From: an uncultured virus (IMG/VR IMGVR_UViG_3300028743_000004)
Lineage: Duplodnaviria; Heunggongvirae; Uroviricota; Caudoviricetes
Virus record (IMG/VR): IMGVR_UViG_3300028743_000004
Strand: one strand, 5' to 3'
DNA: 64,000 bases
Shown: positions 55,997 to 64,000 of the stretch, piece by piece
How positions within the stretch are numbered: position 1 is the first letter of the stretch
Layout: each line of letters starts with the position of its first letter
Program-made: the position numbers and the translations under genes
Notes under the pieces: generated by a model
Database searches by the model: none
What the model was told of the DNA's origin: nothing
Seen by the model: only the letters and a program-made list of their open reading frames with translations

Positions 55997-57742
55997 ATGA
56001 AGAAAACCAAGGTCACGAGAATGCCAGCAGGGAACGCTATTTCAAGTTCTTCTATAGAAAGCAATCTTCTCCCCACAGGGGAGTCGAGGAAGGATTTAGG
56101 TTATGTAGAAAACAAAGACGTGCCTATATACTCAATTGCTGGAATTGATATTGAGCGTTTTCGGTCATTCTACAACCAGCAAATAAAACTTGGCTCTCGC
56201 ATCACTGTCTTGTCAGGGCGAAACGGCACAATGAAAACCTCATTGATGGGTCTAATAGCGCACCCTTTCACTAGTGTAGCAATAGACGCTTTTGAGAAAC
56301 CATTGAAGACCGCATTACGCGAAGTGTTCAAGCTATCTCCAGCTTTCGATATTGATGACTACAACTACAATCTCATAATAGAATCAGAGAACAACAAGCA
56401 CATCCGAGAGCCAGTAAGAATATACTGGGTTGGCGACAAAACCAACCGTCATCGTGTCGTAGTCTCCGGCTCCGAAAAGGGAGATGGAAACCTTACCTAT
56501 AACACTTCATTTCTAAATCTCAAAAGACTCTATCCCTTAGTAGATGCCAACGCAAAACTCGACACTAACAACACTTACGCACTAAGCGCCCAAGAAGCCA
56601 TCGAACTAAAAGATTTCTACGAGACAATATTTCCAAGCTCACATTACTCTGAATTTACCGGCGTATATAAGCCGAACTACAAAACAACCTTCGCCCCTAG
56701 TGGTAGCGACATTAAATATGACTGGCATACGATATCATCTGGAGAAGATAACCTAGGCGCTATTTTCAACAGGCTCCTAGGTTTTCAGCGAGCATTTCAG
56801 AAAAAACAAGTTACTGGGAACGGAGTACTGTGCATTGATGAATTTGAGAGTAGCCTTCACCCCGTTGCGCAGACGAGACTCTTCACTTATCTCCTCAAGT
56901 GGGCATCTAAATACAAAGTGCAAATTGTAATATCAACACACTCCTTAAGTTTAATATCAAACATATATAACCTCCATAAAAACGATATGGAGCATGGCCG
57001 CATCTCAGTAAATTTTGTAAGTAAAGCTTTGGCCAATAACGGCAGCTTACCTATTTTGCACAACCCTAGCTTCGCTTTAGCGTATAAAGAACTTACTCTA
57101 GAAGACCCCCAAGAGGCAGCGGAAGCACGAAGAATTAAGGTATTGTGCGAGGATGATATAGCGGTACATTTTGCAAAAAAAATAATCTCGTCACGAAAAA
57201 TACTAAGCCTCATAGAGTTTCATACATCTTTAGATTCTAAAAATATTACCCCAGGAATGAGTTATACCGAGTTAAAGCCGTTAGCTAACACATGTGCAAG
57301 ATTTCCGGTACTGCTCGATGGATGCCTAGTATTACTTGATGCCGACGTCCCGAAAAACTTCACAGACAAAATAAAAAATAAGAATTTATTCCTTATTCTT
57401 CCAGACCCAAACAAGATCGCCATTGAGCGAAGAATCATAGTTTGGATTAGCTCACTGGACAATGGCGACGCCTTTTTCAAGCGCTTCGGAGAGCGCGAAA
57501 GGTTTTTAGACAGCTTCAAACAATGCGGCTTGGAATCCTTAACAATCTCAGATATACTATGTGAGAACAAGGTGTCAATTAGTAGCTGCAAGACTTGGGC
57601 AAATAGCAATACTCCTAAGTTTAAAGAGTACATTACTTATTATTGCAAAACCCTTAATCAGCGAGAACTCTTTGTACAAGACTTCTTGAATGCAATTAAT
57701 AAAATAAACTCCAAACTAGGCCTGCCAGCAGTACGGATATAA
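55997..57742 (+). CDS. ABC-type ATPase fused to TOPRIM-like domain (OLD-like nuclease); start uncertain
   Basis: Walker A GRNGTMKTS, SSGE, Walker B CIDEFESSLHP, STHS, then LCEDD...LLDAD; AT-rich. Confidence 0.82.
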   Translation: MKKTKVTRMPAGNAISSSSIESNLLPTGESRKDLGYVENKDVPIYSIAGIDIERFRSFYNQQIKLGSRITVLSGRNGTMKTSLMGLIAHPFTSVAIDAFEKPLKTALREVFKLSPAFDIDDYNYNLIIESENNKHIREPVRIYWVGDKTNRHRVVVSGSEKGDGNLTYNTSFLNLKRLYPLVDANAKLDTNNTYALSAQEAIELKDFYETIFPSSHYSEFTGVYKPNYKTTFAPSGSDIKYDWHTISSGEDNLGAIFNRLLGFQRAFQKKQVTGNGVLCIDEFESSLHPVAQTRLFTYLLKWASKYKVQIVISTHSLSLISNIYNLHKNDMEHGRISVNFVSKALANNGSLPILHNPSFALAYKELTLEDPQEAAEARRIKVLCEDDIAVHFAKKIISSRKILSLIEFHTSLDSKNITPGMSYTELKPLANTCARFPVLLDGCLVLLDADVPKNFTDKIKNKNLFLILPDPNKIAIERRIIVWISSLDNGDAFFKRFGERERFLDSFKQCGLESLTISDILCENKVSISSCKTWANSNTPKFKEYITYYCKTLNQRELFVQDFLNAINKINSKLGLPAVRI

Positions 57743-57762
57743 ACTCAACAACGGGGACTCAG

Positions 57763-58641
57763 ATGTATTCAAATAAGCTTTACTCCCCGCTAAGGTACCC
57801 TGGCGGCAAAGCTCGCTTCGCACCGTTCATATCGGAGGTTATGCGCGCAAATGGTTTGGGCGGAGGGCACTATTTAGAGCCTTTTGCTGGAGGTGCGGGA
57901 GTAGCCCTTGAGCTGCTGTTTGATGCGCACGCCACGCATATTCATATTAATGATCTCGATCCTGCTGTATACGCATTTTGGTCAGCTGCGACTACCGATC
58001 CGGAAGGAATCCTAAAGCTCCTCTGGGATACCCCCATCACTATGGAGCAATGGCATCATTGGCGCTCTGTGATGCTAGTCCAAGACCCTGATCTCTCCCT
58101 TGCGGAGAGAGGCTTCGCTACGCTTTTTGTGAATCGCACGAACCGATCCGGAATCCTCAAGGGTGGAGTCATTGGTGGGAAGGCTCAGACTGGAGCCTAT
58201 AAGCTTGATGCCCGTTTCAGTAAAGAGATGATTGCCTCCAGGCTTGAGCGAATCGCGCTGAACGCAAGTCGCATTTCGGTATATTGCGAGGATGCTTTTG
58301 TTTTGCTCAATCGTGCGGCAGAGTTTCTGCCCGAACAATCGCTAATCTACCTCGATCCGCCCTACTATGTTAAAGGCCGTGGCTTGTATCGAAACTTCTA
58401 CAAGCATGATGATCATCTGCAAATTGCTCAATTGCTGCAGTCGCCTGGTTTCGATCGGCCATGGGTAGTCTCATACGATAGCGCGCCAGAAATCTGTGAG
58501 ATGTACAGCCAGAACGAAGCGCTGACTTATGGGCTTCACTACACCGCCCAAGCGAGATATGTAGGCGACGAGGTTATGTTTTTCAAAGAAGGTATCTCCG
58601 TGCCTGATGCGAAAATCCCTCGAGCTACTGTAGCGGCCTGA
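57763..58641 (+). CDS. DNA adenine methyltransferase (Dam/D12 class)
   Basis: SPLRYPGGK, EPFAGG, DPPY. Confidence 0.93.
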   Translation: MYSNKLYSPLRYPGGKARFAPFISEVMRANGLGGGHYLEPFAGGAGVALELLFDAHATHIHINDLDPAVYAFWSAATTDPEGILKLLWDTPITMEQWHHWRSVMLVQDPDLSLAERGFATLFVNRTNRSGILKGGVIGGKAQTGAYKLDARFSKEMIASRLERIALNASRISVYCEDAFVLLNRAAEFLPEQSLIYLDPPYYVKGRGLYRNFYKHDDHLQIAQLLQSPGFDRPWVVSYDSAPEICEMYSQNEALTYGLHYTAQARYVGDEVMFFKEGISVPDAKIPRATVAA

Positions 58642-58673
58642 CAAGAAGCCCGGCCCAGCGCCGGGCTTCTTGT
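58641..58673 (+). terminator. Hairpin/terminator after the MTase
   Basis: 14-bp perfect inverted repeat ACAAGAAGCCCGGC. Confidence 0.7.
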
Positions 58674-58932
58674 ATCTGCTCTCCCTGCATCGCCCCCTTC
58701 CCCTCGCAGGCATTGACCTGCGCATGACCCAACGTCCTGCTGTTTTTTGATCGACCTGCTGCCCGCCATTGAGCGTGCGTTCCGCTTTAGCAACATCCTT
58801 TTCACCTGGCATTTACAGGGCAGAGCGCAAAGTCACCCTACTCATTTTAAGAATTCCCTTTAGGCCCGCACATAAACGGGCCATTTTTTTGCCCGCTGCT
58901 ACGCTTTCCATGCCCTCTATGGAGACAGAGCA

Positions 58933-59151
58933 ATGCCCTCCCACGAATACTCCCTCACCGATACCCTGGAACGAATCTACGAGAACCAGCTTGCCCTTGA
59001 GGCTGCGCTGATGGAGTTGACGTTGCTCGTCGAAAGCCAAGGCCATACGGATGCAGGCCAGAACGTCCGAGGCGCCCTTGAGGCGATTGGGGAGAACGCA
59101 GGGCATATCAAGCAGGGCCTGGCCAGGCTGAAGGCCCAGGGGCCGGATTGA
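58933..59151 (+). CDS. Hypothetical protein
   Basis: 72 aa, GGAG SD; LERIYENQLALEAALMEL. Confidence 0.7.
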   Translation: MPSHEYSLTDTLERIYENQLALEAALMELTLLVESQGHTDAGQNVRGALEAIGENAGHIKQGLARLKAQGPD

Positions 59152-59205
59152 CGTCACGCCCAACCTGAATCCGTAGCCCGCCACAGAGCGGGCTTTTTGC
59201 GTCTG

Positions 59206-59514
59206 TCAGAAAGGCGCTGGCTCCTCCTCTACCGCCTCGGACACCTCAACCGAGCGCTCATCATCCGCGCTTGCCTCCCACCTTAGCGTCACCGTCTCTT
59301 CGTCGTTGAAAGTGATGTCGATGCCGTCCGTCTCCGATAGCAATCCCATCACCTCCTCCCACTCAAGATCGCCATCCGTATCCAGGCGATGAATCTTCAC
59401 CCAGCGCTGCGCCTGCGCCACCGGGTGATTGATCATGGAAGATACGCGCAACCCCAGGCGCTCTACTCCGCTCATTTCCTGGCGCCCCGCCGACACCACC
59501 TGCCTCTTTGCCAT
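59206..59514 (-). CDS. DUF1654-like protein
   Basis: ERLGLRVSSMINHP.AQ; LexA box upstream. Confidence 0.78.
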   Translation of the reverse strand: MAKRQVVSAGRQEMSGVERLGLRVSSMINHPVAQAQRWVKIHRLDTDGDLEWEEVMGLLSETDGIDITFNDEETVTLRWEASADDERSVEVSEAVEEEPAPF

Positions 59515-59537
59515 GCAAATCCCCTCACCTTGAAGTG

Positions 59538-59553
59538 CTGTATATCCATACAG
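59538..59553. promoter_or_regulatory. LexA box
   Basis: CTGT-ATATCCAT-ACAG. Confidence 0.8.
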
Positions 59554-59732
59554 GTCAGGCAGAGCTTATATCAGCCCTGCTGAGAATGTCACCACCAGAA
59601 ACCGAAAAAACTAAGCGGGGATATTTTCTGAAAATAATTAGGCATTACCTATTTACAGATGATTAGGCATTAGCTTATTGTTACCCCATCGAGTCACCCA
59701 ACAGGGACTCGCCTGGGCCTCACAGCCTGACC

Positions 59733-59744
59733 CGCTCTTTAACA
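59733..59744 (+). promoter_or_regulatory. boxA antitermination element in the B pL leader
   Basis: CGCTCTTTAACA, consensus lambdoid boxA. Confidence 0.7.
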
Positions 59745-60003
59745 GTCAGCGCAACACAGAAACACCAACAGACCGCATTGCCTCTACCGGCGACCGGCGA
59801 GCAGACAGGCCCGAAAGCCTGCCAACGACAGGAACAACCTGGACGGCTGCTCGATGGTGAAACGCCAGAACCGTGTATGCCCAGTAGGCACGAATGACCC
59901 GGCAAGCAATGCGCCCCGCCCCTTCCGGCGGCAGTAGGAGGGAAGCATCACTTCTGCACCTTGGCGACAGGGTGCAGCGGGATGACAACCAGGAGATAAA
60001 GAA

Positions 60004-60210
60004 GTGGCTCAGTTCAATATTGATGCTCATCTGAGCGACGGTAAGCAGCTGGAATGGCTCGCGCTTGCAGATGCTGGTGAGCGTCCCGACGCAGTGCTTC
60101 AGCAGGTGAAGACGGCAGCGATTGGCAAGTTTGGCGCAGCGGTGTCTTCTAAACGCTGGGGCTTATCGCAAAAGTGCGACGGATACATTGTCGTGATCAT
60201 GCATGCCTGA
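60004..60210 (+). CDS. Hypothetical early protein occupying the slot of DGR target 1
   Basis: AGGAG SD; flanks shared with 9231-9275 and 9801 onward. Confidence 0.7.
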   Translation: MAQFNIDAHLSDGKQLEWLALADAGERPDAVLQQVKTAAIGKFGAAVSSKRWGLSQKCDGYIVVIMHA

Positions 60211-60662
60211 ACAACCAGCGCCACGACAGCATGTCGTTAACTGCCCGAGACCCTGGTACTCCCCAGCACCAGGCCGCATCGGAATGTGATCTGTTTGCCC
60301 CGCAATGGGTGGGCCCAGCAATGGGAAGCCGGAGCGGAGGAATATGGGAGGCGCAAGCCAGTAAGCCGGGCAGCCCAGACCGGACAACAGATCACACCCC
60401 GATGCGGACGAACACCCGGCGCGCGCCGGCCACCTGCATTTCAACGCACCCAGAACGGAGGATTGGCAGCCATGTAAACCACAGCGCACCCAAGACGACC
60501 TTGCGGCGACGTATGGGGGCATATGTCACGCAGCGAAAAGCCCGGTTCCGATCGGGCTTTTTTTCGCCTCGCCTTTATCCGTCAGCACCCTCCCCTGGGC
60601 CAACCGGCACAGACCAGGCGGTCAGGTTGCTGACGAATAAACGCAACCCACCATAAGGAATC

Positions 60663-61025
60663 GTGATGAACCAAACCATTCGCCAAAAACAAGCGGTCCT
60701 GCAGGCGTTGCGGGATCGGTTTGCACTGTCCACCTCGGAGATGTACGTGATGATCGGTCGCGAAGAACCAGTGAAGGTGCCGCGCTTCAACGTGGTGCCG
60801 CTCGGCAAGAACCTGTTCGATGTGGTCGAGCGCTCAAGCGGCGTATCCCGCGGAGAACGCACCGGCCACGACGGCGCGTGCCAATACGCTGATCAGCTCG
60901 AGCGCAACGCCGACTTCTTCGATGCGGCGAAGTCCACGTCGAAGCGTTTCGGGTGGCGCATGGCGCGCTGGACGCTTGGCTTCTCCGCAATGCTAGTGGT
61001 GTTCGCCTACTACGGTGCGCAGTAA
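60663..61025 (+). CDS. Hypothetical early protein with C-terminal TM
   Basis: 120 aa; AAGGA SD. Confidence 0.7.
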   Translation: MMNQTIRQKQAVLQALRDRFALSTSEMYVMIGREEPVKVPRFNVVPLGKNLFDVVERSSGVSRGERTGHDGACQYADQLERNADFFDAAKSTSKRFGWRMARWTLGFSAMLVVFAYYGAQ

Positions 61026-61339
61026 TGATCGGCGTACCGATGGTCAACCCGAAAGACGCGGTGATCGCCGACCTCAACCGCCAGATTGATGCGTTCTACG
61101 GCGCGGGCAAGAAAGCCCAGGTCATCCCGCGCGGCGTCAGCGCTGACGGGCCTTTCAATGGCACCACAGCTCACCACGAACGCCTGCGTGCCCGGCGCGA
61201 CAAGCTGGCCCCGGCAGTTCGCGCCGAAGCGGCCAAGGGTGTCGTAGCCAGCGTGGCGGCAAAGAACCTGGGCATGCACATCAAGCGCGTGACGCTGATC
61301 GCCCAGGAGAACGGCTTCAAGTTCGCCGACACCCCATGA
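61025..61339 (+). CDS. Hypothetical early protein
   Basis: Homolog of 10534-10848. Confidence 0.75.
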   Translation: MIGVPMVNPKDAVIADLNRQIDAFYGAGKKAQVIPRGVSADGPFNGTTAHHERLRARRDKLAPAVRAEAAKGVVASVAAKNLGMHIKRVTLIAQENGFKFADTP

Positions 61340-61430
61340 GGCGCATCAGCAACCAGGTGCGACAACGCCTTCGCCAATCGCAATTCAACCTCCCACCCAG
61401 CGGCCTGCAGGCCATCCCGGAGAAACAGCC

Positions 61431-61778
61431 ATGTCCACCGCAACCAATACCGCCGAGTTCCTTGAGGAGCTGAACGGCGGCGCATTCGCCAGCCAGATCG
61501 GTCACGCCCTTTCCGAAGTAGCCGCCGGTGTTGTTGACCACGGCAAGGCCGGCAAGCTGGTCATTACCCTGGACCTCAGTCAGATCGGCGAATCCAGCCA
61601 GGTGAAGATCAAGCACAAGCTCGACTACAAGGTGCCGACCAAGCGCGGTACCCGCAGCGAGAACACCAGCCTGGACACGCCGATGCACGTTGGCTCCGGC
61701 GGAAAGATCACCCTCTTCGCTGAAAAGCACGATCAGCTCTTCACCCGCGAAGAAGCGCCAATCAAGCCCCGTACCTGA
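61431..61778 (+). CDS. YfdP-like phage protein
   Basis: FLEELNGG...TPMHVGSGGKITL; precedes the DUF2303-like gene. Confidence 0.72.
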   Translation: MSTATNTAEFLEELNGGAFASQIGHALSEVAAGVVDHGKAGKLVITLDLSQIGESSQVKIKHKLDYKVPTKRGTRSENTSLDTPMHVGSGGKITLFAEKHDQLFTREEAPIKPRT

Positions 61779-61823
61779 TCAATCCCGCCTCACCCTCCCT
61801 TCCGCAACCAAAGGAAATAACCG

Positions 61824-62639
61824 ATGTCACTTACTAAAGATGCAATTCAGCTCATCACCGATACCGCGCTGGAAGCCACCGGCAAAAAGCTGGAAACGCT
61901 GGTTCCTACCGTGGTGTTGCCGGAAAGCGCAAAGGTCTTCGATCTTGAGCGCTTCCAGGCTGGCCGCAGCCGCTTCCGTGGCACATACAGCACCCACTCA
62001 CTGGCTGATTTCGGCGCTTACGTCGTTGAACGCGCAGCGCCTGGCGCGCGCGGGTTCATCAATCAGGACGAAATGAGCTGCGGCCTGCTGTTCAATCTCG
62101 GCACCGCCGCAGCACCTGGCCACGCCGACGACCGCGCCATCCTTCGCCTGAAGGCAACAGCCGGCTACACCGCAGCCCAGCAAATCGGCGGGCGCGGTAT
62201 CAGCCAAAAGGATTTGAGCGACTGGATCGAAGACTGGCACCAGTACCTCACCCCGGTCGACGAATCCGGTAACCCAATCCCTGTGGCCAAAGCCATTGCT
62301 GCCGTCCGCACGATCACCATCAAGGCGTCCAGCGAGTCGGAAACCACGGTGGGAGAAACCAGCGCCAGCCGAAGCGCCATGGACCAGATCGAAGCGCGCA
62401 GCAAAGAAACCCTGCCCGTGTCGTTGCAATTCCGCACGGTGCCGTTCGAAGGCCTGACCGAACAACAGATCACCCTGCGCCTCTCGGTCATCACCAGCGG
62501 CTCCCAGCCGGTGTTGAAATTGCGGTGGGTTGGCGAAGAGGTACAGTGCGAAGACATCGCTCAGGAGTTCAAGGCAGTACTTCAACGCAATATTGGCGAA
62601 GCTGCAGTGTTGTCGCTGGGCGCGTTCGATCCGAAGTAA
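61824..62639 (+). CDS. DUF2303/YfdQ-like protein
   Basis: RSRFRGTYST, PGHADD, SQKDLSDWIEDW. Confidence 0.8.
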   Translation: MSLTKDAIQLITDTALEATGKKLETLVPTVVLPESAKVFDLERFQAGRSRFRGTYSTHSLADFGAYVVERAAPGARGFINQDEMSCGLLFNLGTAAAPGHADDRAILRLKATAGYTAAQQIGGRGISQKDLSDWIEDWHQYLTPVDESGNPIPVAKAIAAVRTITIKASSESETTVGETSASRSAMDQIEARSKETLPVSLQFRTVPFEGLTEQQITLRLSVITSGSQPVLKLRWVGEEVQCEDIAQEFKAVLQRNIGEAAVLSLGAFDPK

Positions 62640-62718
62640 CACCAAGGCCGGGAGACCGGCCTTCCTACTCGCTGCATCCGGTAACCGGAGGGCGGCTTAA
62701 GATGGAAGCCAAACGACT

Positions 62719-62979
62719 TCATTTCCCATTGGTCATGCCGTCGGCTATAAATTTCGCGGCGCTCTTTAAGCGGCCTGCTACATCTTCAATATCCGCCCAG
62801 TCGTCACATATCTGATCCATCTGCGCATAGGCGAATGGTTCTTTCCTTGTAACGTTTAACCGCGCGGCGCTAGGCTTTTTTGATCCTCCTTCCCATACAA
62901 ACATGATTAGAACGTCGAACTCTCCATATTTGTAGATAACGTTCCTTGGGTCCTTTAAGTCGAATAATGCTTCGTTCAT
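62719..62979 (-). CDS. Antisense moron, 86 aa, absent from A
   Basis: AT-richer ORF between imperfect direct repeats 62678-62696 and 63049-63066. Confidence 0.65.
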   Translation of the reverse strand: MNEALFDLKDPRNVIYKYGEFDVLIMFVWEGGSKKPSAARLNVTRKEPFAYAQMDQICDDWADIEDVAGRLKSAAKFIADGMTNGK

Positions 62980-63085
62980 AGCCTTCACTCTTGATCCGGA
63001 TTTATTCCGGGCATCCGTAGTACTCCAACCCCACCTAAATTGCCACCACCGGTTCCGGAGGGCGGCGCTTACCCGGAGCAAACCC

Positions 63086-63562
63086 ATGACCAAGCAAGTA
63101 CAGCAAACCATCACCGCATCTGAACTCCCTGAGCGCGGCCAACCTCTAGCCGGCGGGGTGTTCGTCACCCGCTACTGGCTCAACGGCTTCGAGCGCGCCC
63201 TGATCCTCCTGCCTGATGAGCTCAGTGGTGCCTGGGGCGAGTATGGCGTCGAGATCAAGGACGCCGGCGGCTACAGCGACGGCGAAGCGAACACCCGCGC
63301 CATGGCCGAGGCCGGCAGCGAGATCGCCGTAAAAGCGCTGGAACTGGGCGGCTTTATTCCGTCCTGCCTTGAGGGCCAACTGCTGATGGCAGCCAAGGCT
63401 GATGGCCTGGTGGAGCTTCGCGATGATCGATACCACTGGCTGAGCACGCAGCGCTCCGCCGACATCGCCTACACCATGGACTTTGAAGATGGCTGGCTCC
63501 ACTACTACGGCGAGGACTACGAGCGGCTCGCGCGCCCTGTCCGCAGCCTCCCTATTCAGTAA
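63086..63562 (+). CDS. DGR target protein (ortholog of target 2) in prophage B
   Basis: 158 aa; C-terminal VR. Confidence 0.92.
   Translation: MTKQVQQTITASELPERGQPLAGGVFVTRYWLNGFERALILLPDELSGAWGEYGVEIKDAGGYSDGEANTRAMAEAGSEIAVKALELGGFIPSCLEGQLLMAAKADGLVELRDDRYHWLSTQRSADIAYTMDFEDGWLHYYGEDYERLARPVRSLPIQ
63447..63546 (+). repeat. DGR variable repeat VR4
   Basis: 10 mismatches to the A TR, all at TR adenines. Confidence 0.95.
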
Positions 63563-63682
63563 TTCATTTCTTTATTCGTTTTTCGCAGGTGATTCCCGGG
63601 AGCGCCAGGACGGCGCTCAGACCAGAAGCTCGTCGGGAAGCGCCGGCTACCTGCACCCTTATCTCGCTCACAGGAGCATCTC

Positions 63683-64000
63683 ATGCGTGCCAATGAACTG
63701 ACCACGTACACCCGTGGAGATCTGACTATCAGTAGCCCAGACGAAGGTGTCGTGCTGAAGCTGGCAACCCTGGCCATCGCCGCCGCACCAGCAGTTGCTG
63801 CAAGTGGTATCCCCGCCATCGGCGAGTACTGGCCCGGTGAAGGCGGCATCAACGGCGGCCTGTTCCCCGGCGGTGACAAGCCCTACTACCTGATTGTGCC
63901 GACCGGAAGCGATGCAGAGGCGATCCATGAGTGGGGTGGCTACGGCGATGAACTTGGCGGCGCCAAATCCCCATGGGACGGCCAGGCGAACACCGCGTAC
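63683..64000 (+). CDS. Ortholog of DGR target 3, truncated by window end
   Basis: MRANELTTYTRGDLTISSPDEG matches the 11896 ORF start. Confidence 0.88.
   Translation, partial: MRANELTTYTRGDLTISSPDEGVVLKLATLAIAAAPAVAASGIPAIGEYWPGEGGINGGLFPGGDKPYYLIVPTGSDAEAIHEWGGYGDELGGAKSPWDGQANTAY

Larger units (their letters stand above)
22335..64000. mobile_element. Prophage B (lambda-like head, Mu-like contractile tail), tandem to A, truncated at window end
   Basis: Lysis, tail, head, terminase, replication and immunity modules; 45.3-64 kb is homologous but not identical to 1-12 kb. Confidence 0.95.

Noticed and set aside
45300..64000. Simple assembly duplication of 1-12 kb
   Set aside because: Different repressors, operators, Q, holins and morons plus many substitutions indicate a distinct phage; long reads are still needed to confirm adjacency

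Overview
The window is entirely prophage DNA, inferred to be from a Pseudomonas host. It holds two related but heteroimmune lambdoid prophages in tandem, joined at a tRNA-Ser(TGA) 3' fragment (22335-22397) with an attP-like layout. Prophage A (1-22.4 kb) runs from the cos-proximal late genes through holins, Q, replication, cro/cI and the early operon to xis/int. Prophage B (22.4-64 kb, truncated) contains the lysis genes, a Mu-like contractile tail, a lambda-like head and terminase, holins, Q, replication, cro/cI, an AT-rich OLD-like ATPase-TOPRIM plus adenine methyltransferase moron, and the early operon. The main result is a multi-target diversity-generating retroelement (DGR) in the early operon of A: avd (12541-12894), a 100-bp template repeat (13066-13165) and a DGR-type reverse transcriptase (about 13108-14265). 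Four variable repeats sit at the 3' ends of small DUF1566/C-type-lectin-like early genes, three in A and one about 50 kb away in B. All 44 TR/VR mismatches fall on TR adenines, and the visible tail fibre is not a target. Secondary signals include antisense mini-genes flanked by 14-20 bp direct repeats (two are paralogous 46-47 aa membrane proteins), a 26-bp frameshifting deletion in A's replication initiator, a lysis-cassette replacement scar, LexA boxes and conserved structured leaders. Protein family calls come from motif recognition and synteny, not database searches.
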